Positions 39,321-49,217 of a stretch of 64,000 bases of DNA are shown here, in pieces. The first letter of the stretch is position 1. Every line of letters starts with the position of its first letter. The stretch is taken from contig JAEINL010000007.1 of the NCBI GenBank assembly GCA_016342655.1, positions 4,919-68,918 of the forward strand. The letters run 5' to 3'. The stretch is from Sphaerochaeta sp. (GTDB lineage Bacteria > Spirochaetota > Spirochaetia > Sphaerochaetales > Sphaerochaetaceae). The translations under genes were made by a program, and so were the position numbers. The notes under the pieces were generated by a model, which did no database searches, was not told where the DNA came from, and worked only from the letters and a program-made list of their open reading frames with translations.

Positions 39321-40835
39321 ATGGAAAATTTTACCATGCTGTTGGATGGCTTCACGGTAGTCCTGACAGTACAGAATATATTGGTGGTCCTCCTGGGTGC
39401 AGTGCTTGGGCTGGTAGTTGGGGCAATGCCTGGCATTGGTTCACTTGCAGGTGTGGCGCTCTTATTGCCACTTACCTACAAGTTCAACCCGACCACTGCG
39501 ATCATCATGCTTGGCTCACTGTACTATGCAAACATGTATGGAGGGGCATTTAGCGCCATCTTGCTCAATATCCCAGGAGATTCGCCCGCTGTCATGACAG
39601 CCCTTGACGGGTATCCCATGGCAACAAAACGCAATCGCCCAGGTCAGGCTCTGTTCACCTCAAACATGTCTTCCTTCATCGGTGGAGTCATCGGGATGAT
39701 TATCCTCACCTTTACCGGTCCTGCTCTGGCAAATCTCGGATTGAAGTTTGGTCCTGCAGAGATGACGGCTCTATTGCTTGTGGCTATGACAAGTATCGGC
39801 TGGTTGGTCGGGGAGAACCCTACAAAGGGTGTAATCCTCACCCTGGTGGGTATCCTTATCGCATCCATGGGGATGGATACCCTTACCGGTAGTCCTCGCT
39901 TCGATTTTGGTAACATGTATCTGCTTGGAGGGATTCCCTTCACTCCGTTCGTAATTGGTACAGTTGGTTTCTCACAAGTGCTGAAGCTGATGCAAGATCG
40001 GAACAAGAAGATTAAGGCCAACCTTAGTCAGAAGCTGACCATCAGAGGTTCGATGCTCACCCTGCATGATGTCAAACGCCTTCTTCCTCCCGCAATCAGA
40101 AGCGGCTTCTTGGGAACCTTTGTCGGGGTGCTTCCCGGTGCTGGTGCCACTACAGGCTCCTTCATGGGATATGCCATGCAAAAGGCATTCAAGAACGAGG
40201 AAGAACTGGGAACCGGGGCCATCGAAGGGATCGCTGCCTGTGAATCTGCAAACAATGCGGCCGCCGCCGGATCTTTTGCTCCCCTGCTTGCTTTGGGTAT
40301 CCCCGGTTCCGGTACCGGTGCCGTCCTTTTGGGTGGCCTGATGATGTGGGGACTCAATCCAGGACCCCTGCTGTTCAGCAGCCAGCCCGAATTCTGCTGG
40401 GGCCTCATCGCCTCCCTCTTCCTTGCAAACTTGCTTACCCTAATCATCGCCTTGGGCATCATTCCCTTTTTGATTAAGATCCTCACCGTACCGATTAAGA
40501 TTCTGGTGCCCTGTATTACAGTTGTCTGTATTGTAGGCAGCTACAGCACCTCAAATTCCATGTACGGTGTCTTGGTGATGTTCGTCTCCGGTCTGTTCGG
40601 GTATGTTCTGGACAGGAATGGATACTCCACGGCTCCGATGCTGCTTGCCTTTGTCTTGGCTCCCTTACTTGAGTCAAACATGCGTAAGTCCTTCATCATC
40701 AGCCATGGAAGTCTAGGCCTGTTCTTCGAAAAGCCAATCTCAGCCTTTCTTCTCTTTGTCCTGTTTGCGATCATCCTGACACCGGTTATAAAGTTTGTGC
40801 TTAAGAAGATAAGGTTCGCTCAGAAGAGCACTTAA
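39321..40835 (+). CDS. tctA: Tripartite tricarboxylate transporter TctA
   Basis: GAMPGIG, YGG...ILLNIPG, DGYPMA, ESANNA, LGIPG. Confidence 0.93.
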   Translation: MENFTMLLDGFTVVLTVQNILVVLLGAVLGLVVGAMPGIGSLAGVALLLPLTYKFNPTTAIIMLGSLYYANMYGGAFSAILLNIPGDSPAVMTALDGYPMATKRNRPGQALFTSNMSSFIGGVIGMIILTFTGPALANLGLKFGPAEMTALLLVAMTSIGWLVGENPTKGVILTLVGILIASMGMDTLTGSPRFDFGNMYLLGGIPFTPFVIGTVGFSQVLKLMQDRNKKIKANLSQKLTIRGSMLTLHDVKRLLPPAIRSGFLGTFVGVLPGAGATTGSFMGYAMQKAFKNEEELGTGAIEGIAACESANNAAAAGSFAPLLALGIPGSGTGAVLLGGLMMWGLNPGPLLFSSQPEFCWGLIASLFLANLLTLIIALGIIPFLIKILTVPIKILVPCITVVCIVGSYSTSNSMYGVLVMFVSGLFGYVLDRNGYSTAPMLLAFVLAPLLESNMRKSFIISHGSLGLFFEKPISAFLLFVLFAIILTPVIKFVLKKIRFAQKST

Positions 40836-40891
40836 TTAGTGTATTACGGGACAATTGTTGTCTCGGATAGAAAAAAAATAGGAGAGAAATT

Positions 40892-41890
40892 ATGAAAAAA
40901 TTCGCAATCGTATTGGCATTAGCATTATTGTTTGCCGTTCCAGCTTTTGCAGCTGGCCAGAGTGAGGCTGCTTCCTCTGTTTCCGAAGCCTTTGTTCCCT
41001 CAAGGAACGTCGAATGGTATGTTACCAGCTCCCCAGGTGGTGGTTCTGACATCTTTACCCGCACCCTGCAGGACATCATGGTAGGTGAGAAACTTGTTAA
41101 CGACAAAAACATAGTCATCCAGTATAAGACTGATGGTGCTGGTGAAGTCGGACGTCACTTGGTTGCAAACATCAAGGCGGGAGACCAGGCAGACCACACC
41201 CTGTTGACCTTCAACAGTGGAGACCTCATGCCGATGGCCAAGAACACCAACAACCGCTTTGAAAACTTCCAGCCCATCGCACACCTTGCTGTAGACAAGC
41301 ATTTGATCTTCGTAGGTGAAGAGTCTGCTTACAAGAGTTTTGAAGAAGTTGTCGCAGCCCTCAAGGCTGGCAAGAACATCACTCTTGCTGGTTCCAAGGG
41401 TGACGACATCGCTTGTCACGCTGCTCTCGCCAAGGAACTGGGTGTTTCTGTCGACCAATTTGCATATGTTACACACGATGCCTCCAGTGGAGCCATCACA
41501 GCAATCCTGGGTAACCACTATGATTTGCTGATCAGCAAGCCCGCTGCTGCCTCACAGTATGTCGAAGCTGGCAAGATTACCCCGATCCTTGCCCTTTCCA
41601 CCAGCCGTTTCCCTGGAAACCTCAGTTCTGCCCCTACTCTTGAAGAGCTTGGCTATAAGAACGTTGAAGTGCCCAACTGGAGATCTGTTGTTGGCCCGAA
41701 GAACATGAGTGCAGAAGCTGTGGCTTACTGGAGTGATGTGTTCAAGCAGGTTTCCGAGCAGGATGCCTGGACCAAGGGGTATATCGAGAAGCAGAAGCTC
41801 GTACCTGATTTTATGGACCATGAAGTATACAAAGCTTATGGTACACAGTTCCAGGCTGACTACCTTGCTTCCATTGGTAAGGATAAATAA
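40892..41890 (+). CDS. tctC: Tripartite tricarboxylate transporter substrate-binding protein TctC
   Basis: Signal peptide, PGGGSDIFTR, PTLEELGY, W-R...GP. Confidence 0.88.
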   Translation: MKKFAIVLALALLFAVPAFAAGQSEAASSVSEAFVPSRNVEWYVTSSPGGGSDIFTRTLQDIMVGEKLVNDKNIVIQYKTDGAGEVGRHLVANIKAGDQADHTLLTFNSGDLMPMAKNTNNRFENFQPIAHLAVDKHLIFVGEESAYKSFEEVVAALKAGKNITLAGSKGDDIACHAALAKELGVSVDQFAYVTHDASSGAITAILGNHYDLLISKPAAASQYVEAGKITPILALSTSRFPGNLSSAPTLEELGYKNVEVPNWRSVVGPKNMSAEAVAYWSDVFKQVSEQDAWTKGYIEKQKLVPDFMDHEVYKAYGTQFQADYLASIGKDK

Positions 41891-41926
41891 GAAGGTTGAA
41901 AGCTACTACAGCTTAGCCGTATCATG

Positions 41927-41964
41927 ATTGAGGGGTGAAGGGGTGAGCCCTTTCATCCCTCAAT
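41927..41964 (+). terminator. Stem-loop after tctC
   Basis: ATTGAGGGGTGAAGGGG-loop-CCCTTTCATCCCTCAAT. Confidence 0.6.
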
Positions 41965-42017
41965 TCAATACCGATTGAACACAAGAAACGCTCTCTTAGG
42001 TACAAAAGGAGCCCTTC

Positions 42018-42683
42018 ATGAAAAAAGTTGCGATCATATACACAGTTCGTCCAGTGCTGGAAACATTTCCAGAGCTTTTGGAAGAGGTCGTTGGAGAAAA
42101 GCTGAAGATCTTCAATCTGCTCGATGATTTTCTTGCATCAGATCCCGGAGAGACCGGTATCTTCTCCAAGGAGAACCATAACCGTCTCTTTAACGACTGC
42201 AAGTCTTGTGAATTGACCGGAGCCGATATCATTGTTGTAACCTGTTCGACCCTTACCCCGGCAGTACAGCTCATACGCCCTTTTATCAAGGTCCCCATTG
42301 TTGCCATCGATGATGCCATGACAGAGAAGGCCGTTCGTATCGGGTCAAGAATCAAAGTGATTGCAACAGCCGCGAGCACCATCAAGCCGACTGTAGCCAA
42401 GTTACAGCAAGAGGCATCTCTTGCTGGTGTACAGGTTAGTATTGATGCCGAAGACAATGAGGCTGCTTATACAGCGATGAAGCGCAAGGACCTGACCACC
42501 CATGACAGGCTGGTGCTCGAGCAGATAACTAAGGTCAAGGACTATGATTGTATCGTACTTGCCCAAGCCTCCATGGGGCATCTGAGGGCGGAGGCCGAGA
42601 AGCTGGCAAACATACCAGTCCTTGCTTCCCCCAGACTCTGTTGTGAGCAGGTGAAACAGTTGCTTGCTAAGGAGACCGTATGA
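42018..42683 (+). CDS. Asp/Glu racemase-fold protein (paralog 1)
   Basis: VTCSTL, PIVAIDDAM, VLAQASM. Confidence 0.8.
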   Translation: MKKVAIIYTVRPVLETFPELLEEVVGEKLKIFNLLDDFLASDPGETGIFSKENHNRLFNDCKSCELTGADIIVVTCSTLTPAVQLIRPFIKVPIVAIDDAMTEKAVRIGSRIKVIATAASTIKPTVAKLQQEASLAGVQVSIDAEDNEAAYTAMKRKDLTTHDRLVLEQITKVKDYDCIVLAQASMGHLRAEAEKLANIPVLASPRLCCEQVKQLLAKETV

Positions 42684-43594
42684 GAGACGCTATCCAAAAC
42701 TATTGCCGGTTCGGCATCGTGCTGTCCATGGCCTACGCTAGGTGTGCAGATAGTGAGGAGGCCTACCTCTCTTCGCTGAAGAAAATACTTGTCGATCCCT
42801 ATTTCCAGGTAGTCGAACTAGGGTCGCTGCCCTTTCCCATGATTGAGGACACTGTTACCTCAATGGTCAAGGTCGCACACTGTGACATGACCTTCAGTGG
42901 GCACTCCCTGCTTTTCTCCCAGAAATTGAACATAAACAGCTTGGATGAAGAGGAGAGACAAAAGGCAGTCCTTATTCTGAAGAGAGGCATCGACCAGGCT
43001 TACAGCTGGGGATGTGAGACGTTTCAGTTTCTTTCCCGTCAGTATGAAAAGGGAAAACAAGAGGCCTATCTACAGCAACTGATCATCTCAACCAAAGAGC
43101 TGTGTACCTATGCAAAACAGAAGGGTGACATGACGGTCTGCCTTGAGGTCTTCGACCATACCATCGACAAGAAGTCCTTGCTGGGACCTGCCCCTCTGGT
43201 AAGAAGATATGCACAGGAAGTATGTAAAGAGCATGATAATTTCGGTATCATGGAGGACTGTTCCCATATCCCCATGATCGGAGAGAGCATCGATGAGGCC
43301 ATTGATCCTGTAAAGGAGTACATCCGCCATGTACATGTGGGGAACACCTTCATAAGCGATCCAAACCATCCTAGCTATGGAGATAACCATCCCCGATTCG
43401 GGTATCCGGGATCAGAGAATGATACACAGTATCTGAGTGCATTCCTGCAGAAGATGAAAGACATCAGGTATTTGGAGGAAGGGGGAGAAAACATACTCTC
43501 CTTTGAGGTTAAGCCCCAAGGCGATGAGGATAGCGACCTGGTTGTGGCAAATGCCAAGCGCACCTTGTCGGATGCTTGGAAGAGGGTCAGATAG
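42680..43594 (+). CDS. Sugar-phosphate isomerase/epimerase (AP_endonuc_2 TIM barrel)
   Basis: CLEVFD, D-SH, HVHVGN, GDNHPRFG, SFEVK metal-ligand pattern. Confidence 0.8.
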   Translation: MRDAIQNYCRFGIVLSMAYARCADSEEAYLSSLKKILVDPYFQVVELGSLPFPMIEDTVTSMVKVAHCDMTFSGHSLLFSQKLNINSLDEEERQKAVLILKRGIDQAYSWGCETFQFLSRQYEKGKQEAYLQQLIISTKELCTYAKQKGDMTVCLEVFDHTIDKKSLLGPAPLVRRYAQEVCKEHDNFGIMEDCSHIPMIGESIDEAIDPVKEYIRHVHVGNTFISDPNHPSYGDNHPRFGYPGSENDTQYLSAFLQKMKDIRYLEEGGENILSFEVKPQGDEDSDLVVANAKRTLSDAWKRVR

Positions 43595-43632
43595 GAGAGT
43601 GCCTGCAACAAGGCACCGGTAAAGGGAACTAT

Positions 43633-44292
43633 ATGAAACGCATTGTGCTAATCCATACGGTAAAGAGTGTCTACGAGACCTTTGAGAACGATCTTAGGGC
43701 AGTGACAGGGGACATCAGGGTCTACAACATGCTTGATGAGTTTCTTGTCGCTGACTCAATTGAACGGGGGGTATTTACTGTTGAAAATCGCATGCGCCTG
43801 ATGCATGACCTGATAAGTGCACAGCTTACGGGATCTGACCTCATTGTTGTCACCTGTTCCACCCTGACCCCTCATGTGGTTGCCGCCAGAGCATTCTTCA
43901 CCACACCGATTATCGCCATCGATGATGCAATGTGCTCTTTGGCTGTAACACAAGGGCGTAAGATAACCGTATTGGCAACAGCTGAATCGACGGTAAGCCC
44001 TACCTTGAAGAAACTGGAGGAAGAGGCGGCACTGCAGGATAAGGAGATTTCCCTTTCTTCTCTCTGTTGCCCTGAGGCCTTGGTCCATCTCAAGGCAGGA
44101 CAGAAGGCAAAACATGATAAGCTGGTCCTTGATATGGCTCGCCAGGTCAAGGATAGCGACACCCTTGTGCTCGCACAGGCTTCCATGGCGCATCTGCAGG
44201 ACCTGGTGCAAGCCCAGACCAGAATACGTACACTCTCATCTCCCTCCTTATGCATTCAGGATGTTGCCAGACAACTGGGAAAGATACGCTGA
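43633..44292 (+). CDS. Asp/Glu racemase-fold protein (paralog 2)
   Basis: VTCSTL, PIIAIDDAM, VLAQASM; clearly similar to 42018-42683. Confidence 0.8.
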   Translation: MKRIVLIHTVKSVYETFENDLRAVTGDIRVYNMLDEFLVADSIERGVFTVENRMRLMHDLISAQLTGSDLIVVTCSTLTPHVVAARAFFTTPIIAIDDAMCSLAVTQGRKITVLATAESTVSPTLKKLEEEAALQDKEISLSSLCCPEALVHLKAGQKAKHDKLVLDMARQVKDSDTLVLAQASMAHLQDLVQAQTRIRTLSSPSLCIQDVARQLGKIR

Positions 44293-44374
44293 CAAGTGCA
44301 ATAAGAGGCTTTGACTTCCAAATAATCTCGATATGGCCTGTATGGTGCTGTACAATGAGAGCAAGGAGATCCTG

Positions 44375-45352
44375 ATGCAATATAAACTTTTGGGAAATAC
44401 TGATATACGTATTTCTGCCCTCTCGTTAGGAACGTGGGCAATGGGAGGAGGCTCCAGTTGGGGTCCTTCTGATGAGAAAGAGTCAGCTCATACCATTAGA
44501 AAAGCCTTGGATGTTGGAATCAACTTCATCGATACTGCCCCAGCGTATGGCAATGGTTCCAGTGAGGAGATCCTAGGACGTGCCCTCTCTGGCCATCGCA
44601 CCAAGTATATACTTGCAACCAAATGTGGCCTAATCTGGCAAGCACAGGATGAAGGCTCTGTCCATAAGAGCCGTGACGGGGTTACCATCCGAAGGAACCT
44701 TTCTCCTAAGAGTCTTAGGCTTCAGGTGGAAGAGAGCCTGAAAAGACTTAACACTGAGTATATCGACCTGCTTGTCACCCACTGGCAGTCCATTGAGCCT
44801 TTTTTCACTCCCATCGGGGAAACCGTAGGTGTCTTGGAAGAGCTTAAACAGGAAGGGAAGATTCGCGCCTACGGAGCATCCAATGTGACCCTCGAGCAGA
44901 TCAAGGAGTACCAGAAGTTTGGTAGTCTCTCCCTTGTTCAGGAGAGGTTGAGCCTGCTCAGCAGACAGAACCTACAGAAGGCCCTCTATTGTGAGGAAGA
45001 GAACATCACCTTCCAGGCATACAGTCCCCTGGAGCGGGGTCTCCTTACAGGAAAGGTAGCCCTCGATAGCGAGGTTGTTGGTACGGCAAAGGCCTCCATC
45101 ACTTGGTTCCAACCAGAAAAAAGGGTTCAGGTCCTTGCCATGCTGGACAGGCTTGCAGAGATGGGTACCCGATACGGCTGTTCGGTAGGGACGTTGGTCA
45201 TCGCCTGGACCCTGGAGCAGACACGTACCATGAACGTACTCTGCGGTGCACGGAAACGTAGGCATATCGAAGAGAATGCCCAAGCTGCATCCTTGCATTT
45301 AAGCGGAGAAGATATCACACTTATTGATACTTTGGCCAAGGCCTTGTTGTAG
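44375..45352 (+). CDS. Aldo/keto reductase (YdjG-like)
   Basis: LGTWAMGG, DTAPAYG, TKCG, THWQSIEPFFTPI, YSPLERGLLTG. Confidence 0.9.
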   Translation: MQYKLLGNTDIRISALSLGTWAMGGGSSWGPSDEKESAHTIRKALDVGINFIDTAPAYGNGSSEEILGRALSGHRTKYILATKCGLIWQAQDEGSVHKSRDGVTIRRNLSPKSLRLQVEESLKRLNTEYIDLLVTHWQSIEPFFTPIGETVGVLEELKQEGKIRAYGASNVTLEQIKEYQKFGSLSLVQERLSLLSRQNLQKALYCEEENITFQAYSPLERGLLTGKVALDSEVVGTAKASITWFQPEKRVQVLAMLDRLAEMGTRYGCSVGTLVIAWTLEQTRTMNVLCGARKRRHIEENAQAASLHLSGEDITLIDTLAKALL

Positions 45353-45624
45353 AACAGGCGCTTTGCCTCTTACGTAAAGCTGGCTTGGAAACCCCATAAG
45401 ATATGGGTCCTTATCCCCGTTTCAAGAGCCTCTGATGGTATTTTTCAGTATGTACGAGGGAAAATTCTACCTATCTGTAATCCCCAGAGGGGAGCAGGTA
45501 GTATTTTCTTGGTTCAGAAATAGATAAATACCCACGTATAAACGCTTTTTTTTACCACACATTAGTAGCATAAACAACAAATTTCATGGTACTACTTGGG
45601 AATAGTTGGTTATGGGAGGCTCAT

Positions 45625-47424
45625 ATGTGTGGAATCGTTGGGTATGTTGGCTGTGATCAGGCATCTCCTGTATTGTTGGAAGCGCTCAGGAAACTCGAAT
45701 ACCGTGGGTATGATTCCGGCGGTATTGCAGTGGTGGAAGAGCATCAGAAACTGCAGGTGCGCAAGATCAAAGGCAGGCTCTCCAATCTGGACCTCCTTGT
45801 CTCACAACAACCGGTGCAAGGCTCTTGTGGCATCGGGCATACCCGATGGGCAACGCATGGGGAGCCGAGTGACATCAACAGCCATCCCCATACAGATGTA
45901 TCAGGAAAAATTGCTGTAGTCCATAATGGTATCATTGAAAACCATGCTTCGTTGCGAGAATGGCTGGAAAAACACCATGTCGTGTTCAGAAGTCAGACTG
46001 ACAGTGAAGTAATTGCCCATCTTGTAGATTTCCACTACAACGGGGATCTCTTGCTTGCAGTGGGAGAGACAGTAAAGAGGCTGGAAGGGTCCTTTGCAAT
46101 TGCAGTGATTTGTGAGGATTTTCCAGACGAGCTGGTTGTGGTCAGGAAAGACAGCCCATTGGTCATAGGCCGGGCGGATTCCTATAATCTGATAGCCAGT
46201 GATGTTCCCCCTTTGCTTTGCCATACCCGAGAGATCCAATATCTGAAAGATTTGGAGTTGGCCTTGCTCACCAAAGAAGAGGTCACCATCTATAATCTTG
46301 AGGGAGAGGTCCAGCAACGGGAATTGGTCCATATTGATTGGGATATTGAGGCAGCTGAGAAATGTGGGTACGAACATTTCATGCTGAAGGAAATCTTTGA
46401 GCAACCGAAGGCCTTGCACGATACCCTGTTTAGTCGAATTAAAGAGGGAAAGATTGTACTCAATCCTAAAATTCAGGAAGCCTTGGTCCATTGCACCCAT
46501 TTGCTGATTACCGGGTGCGGAACTGCCTATCATGCTGGAATGGTGGCAAAGTATGTGATCGAGCACTTTGCCATGATACGGGTTGAAGTCGATATTGCAA
46601 GTGAGCTGCGGTATAGGAGCCCTATGTGCAATGCCGGGGATGTATGCATCCTTATCAGCCAAAGTGGTGAGACCGCTGATACCATTGCGTCTTTGCGCTT
46701 GCTCAAGGGTCTAGGTGTTGTGACGATTGCCCTCACCAACGTTGTCGGCTCTACGATCAGCCGGGAGGCAGACCTGGTGATGTATACCCAAGCAGGTCCC
46801 GAGATCGCTGTAGCCTCGACAAAAGCCCTCACCACCCAGTTGATGTGCTTATATGTCATTGCCTTGGTCATGGCAAAAAAAGAGACTGGGGCGTTACTCG
46901 AGCAATTGATGCTGATACCTTCGCAGGCACAACTTCTGCTTGACAAGCAGGAGGATATCCAGAGGTTTGCCGCAAGCCAGTTCAACAAGGACAAGGTGTT
47001 CTTTATGGGACGCCTTACCGACTATGCCATCAGTTTGGAGAGTGCCCTCAAACTGAAGGAAATCAGTTATACCCACAGTGAATCCTTTGCTGCAGGGGAA
47101 CTCAAGCACGGCCCCATTGCATTGGTAGACGAATCGACACTTGTCGTTGCCATGTGTACCCAGCCGTCGCTCTTTGCCAAGATGGATTCCAATATCAAGG
47201 AAGTGAAGGCACGTGGAGCAACAGCGTTGGTCATCACCTTTGATACGGTACGGGATTTTGATGGTACCGCTGATGAGGTATTCAGGATTCCGACAACCGA
47301 ACCGTATTTCACTCCGATGCTTACTGTGATAGTCAGCCAGCTCTACGCCTATTACTGTTCTGTGTTGAAGGGTAACGATCCTGACAAGCCAAGAAACCTT
47401 GCCAAGTCAGTCACTGTAGAATAA
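45625..47424 (+). CDS. glmS: Glutamine-fructose-6-phosphate aminotransferase
   Basis: MCGIVG, EYRGYDS, GHTRWATHG, SQSGETADT, ELKHGP, PRNLAKSVTVE. Confidence 0.98.
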   Translation: MCGIVGYVGCDQASPVLLEALRKLEYRGYDSGGIAVVEEHQKLQVRKIKGRLSNLDLLVSQQPVQGSCGIGHTRWATHGEPSDINSHPHTDVSGKIAVVHNGIIENHASLREWLEKHHVVFRSQTDSEVIAHLVDFHYNGDLLLAVGETVKRLEGSFAIAVICEDFPDELVVVRKDSPLVIGRADSYNLIASDVPPLLCHTREIQYLKDLELALLTKEEVTIYNLEGEVQQRELVHIDWDIEAAEKCGYEHFMLKEIFEQPKALHDTLFSRIKEGKIVLNPKIQEALVHCTHLLITGCGTAYHAGMVAKYVIEHFAMIRVEVDIASELRYRSPMCNAGDVCILISQSGETADTIASLRLLKGLGVVTIALTNVVGSTISREADLVMYTQAGPEIAVASTKALTTQLMCLYVIALVMAKKETGALLEQLMLIPSQAQLLLDKQEDIQRFAASQFNKDKVFFMGRLTDYAISLESALKLKEISYTHSESFAAGELKHGPIALVDESTLVVAMCTQPSLFAKMDSNIKEVKARGATALVITFDTVRDFDGTADEVFRIPTTEPYFTPMLTVIVSQLYAYYCSVLKGNDPDKPRNLAKSVTVE

Positions 47425-47446
47425 CCTTGTAAGAGAGACACTGTAT

Positions 47447-47490
47447 ACATCCAAGGGAAGGCTCGTTCTAGAGGATCCCTTGGATGTTTC
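47447..47490 (+). terminator. Stem-loop after glmS
   Basis: ACATCCAAGGGA...TCCCTTGGATGT. Confidence 0.55.
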
Positions 47491-47882
47491 TGTATCGGTT
47501 CTTGGAAAAAACACCATCTCGGATTAGATGAATCAGAGTGAACATTGGTAAGAAGGTACTTTCCAGCTTCGTGTAAAGATGGCAAAGACTTTCTTTGAAA
47601 GGTCAGTAACCCCCTTAGGATATGTGTGCACCCCTTTAGTTGTAGCGGGCAAATTCTTGTTTGAAGTCAACATTTTCTGGCAAAGTAAGATAAATATTTA
47701 CTTTTGTATACCATATACCGTTGCTTTGTGTATGTATAAATACTCTTCAGAATTATTCCTTAAGAAGTAAAGTTTAAACAAATATGTTGTAATGTATAAA
47801 TAATGTTCTAATGAATACATTGTATTCTTATTTTTTACCATAACTGATATTTCTTATCAATTAAAAAGAAAAAAGATAAAAA

Positions 47883-47911
47883 TTGACAATGGATATTGTA
47901 TACCATATACT
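47883..47911 (+). promoter_or_regulatory. sigma70 promoter of the first TRAP operon with overlapping operator
   Basis: TTGACA-N17-TATACT; contains TTGTATACCATATAC, repeated at 47704-47718. Confidence 0.8.
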
Positions 47912-47964
47912 AAGGTTATCAATCACAATCATGTGATTAGAAAAACGAATCATGGAGGTTCGAG

Positions 47965-48972
47965 ATGAAGAGAGTAACCTTGTTACTAGTTGTTTTTATG
48001 GTATTGGGGATGACAACAGCATTGTTCGCCCAAGGAGGTGCAGAAGCCGCAGCGAAGCCTGTTGAGATTAAGCTTGGGTATATCTATGACCCCTCTCACC
48101 CTTGGCATGCTGGATCACAAAAGGCTGCTGAAGTTGCAAAGGAACTTTCCAATGGAAGGATCACTATCAATCTGTATCCTGCTGGACAGCTTGGGACAGA
48201 ACCAGAGTTGTTGGAGCAGGTACTTCTAGGTTCCCTTGATGCAAGTATTGCTGGAGCAGGACAGGTAGGTACCTTGTACAGCCCATTCAATGTGCTTGAG
48301 ATGCCATACACCTTCCGCAGCAATGACCACGTCTATGAGTTCACCCAAAGTGAACTTGGAAAGTCCTTGTTTGAGGGTTTCCGCAAGAAATTCGGTGGTC
48401 GTATCATTGGCGCTAGTGCCTATGGTGTTCGACAATTGACAGGTAACAAGGCGATCAGGACTCCTGCAGACCTTGCTGGATTCAAGCTCCGTGTTCCTGA
48501 GCAGACTGTCACCATGGCTTATGCTCGTGCAATGGGTGCCAACCCAACTCCGATTGCTTTCTCTGAAACCTACATGGCTCTTCAGCAGGGTGTTGTTGAT
48601 GGTCAGGAAAATCCGATGTCCACCATCAATGCTCAGAAGTTCTATGAAGTGCAGCCCTTCCTGAATCTTACCAGTCATGTTACAAATGCTACATTCTTTG
48701 TAATGAATGATGGAATTTTTAGTAGTTTTTCCAAAGCAGATCAGGATATTCTTCTCAAGGCCTTTGACGCAGGCGCAAAGCTGATCGTCGAGATTCTCAA
48801 TGGCGAAGACCTTGCTCTACAGGACAAGTTTGCCAAGGCTGGCGTAACTATCATTCGTCCGGACATTGAAGCATTCAAGAAAGCGACTGCTTCCATGCCA
48901 AAGGAATTTAGTGGCTGGTGGGCTGATGAGTATGGTGCAGATTTCCATTCCAAGATCCAGAACATGAAATAA
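47965..48972 (+). CDS. dctP: TRAP transporter substrate-binding protein DctP
   Basis: Signal peptide, YPAGQLG, KLRVP (carboxylate-binding Arg), ALQQGVVDGQENP. Confidence 0.95.
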   Translation: MKRVTLLLVVFMVLGMTTALFAQGGAEAAAKPVEIKLGYIYDPSHPWHAGSQKAAEVAKELSNGRITINLYPAGQLGTEPELLEQVLLGSLDASIAGAGQVGTLYSPFNVLEMPYTFRSNDHVYEFTQSELGKSLFEGFRKKFGGRIIGASAYGVRQLTGNKAIRTPADLAGFKLRVPEQTVTMAYARAMGANPTPIAFSETYMALQQGVVDGQENPMSTINAQKFYEVQPFLNLTSHVTNATFFVMNDGIFSSFSKADQDILLKAFDAGAKLIVEILNGEDLALQDKFAKAGVTIIRPDIEAFKKATASMPKEFSGWWADEYGADFHSKIQNMK

Positions 48973-48988
48973 CGGTACTGTATTAATT

Positions 48989-49041
48989 GGAAAAGGAACT
49001 GTCGTAGTGAACCATATTCTCTGCAACAGTTCCTTTCCTTT
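48989..49041 (+). terminator. Stem-loop after dctP
   Basis: GGAAAAGGAACTGT...ACAGTTCCTTTCC. Confidence 0.55.
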
Positions 49042-49042
49042 G

Positions 49043-49199
49043 ATTCCCCAACGAAGCGAGAGTAGCGGAAGCCTTACCATGGTTCCATTACCGAGCGAGT
49101 GCCGGGAAAGCAAGGTGAGATACCCCGCCCCTTGGGGCGGAAAAGGAGGCAACGCCTCCTCTTTCCAGGGCTTGCCCTGGGGTATTGATACCTTTCATT
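49043..49199 (+). repeat. Dispersed ~158-bp structured repeat, copy 3
   Basis: Near-identical to copies 1 and 2 and has the most complete pairing (ATACCCC...GGGGTAT). Confidence 0.95.
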
Positions 49200-49217
49200 C
49201 TACTCTGAGGAAAACAT

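Noticed and set aside
45353-45624. glmS ribozyme upstream of glmS
   Set aside because: The conserved core (AGCGCC...GACGAGG with correct spacing and pseudoknot) is not evident by eye.
47467-47479. TCTAGAGGATCCC resembling a pUC polylinker
   Set aside because: A short match inside a natural hairpin with no other vector sequence nearby.
20475-49199. The 158-bp repeat as a CRISPR array, tRNA or classical TIR-bounded MITE
   Set aside because: Copies are dispersed with no spacers or cas genes, there are no T-loop or anticodon-arm hallmarks, and there are no terminal inverted repeats.
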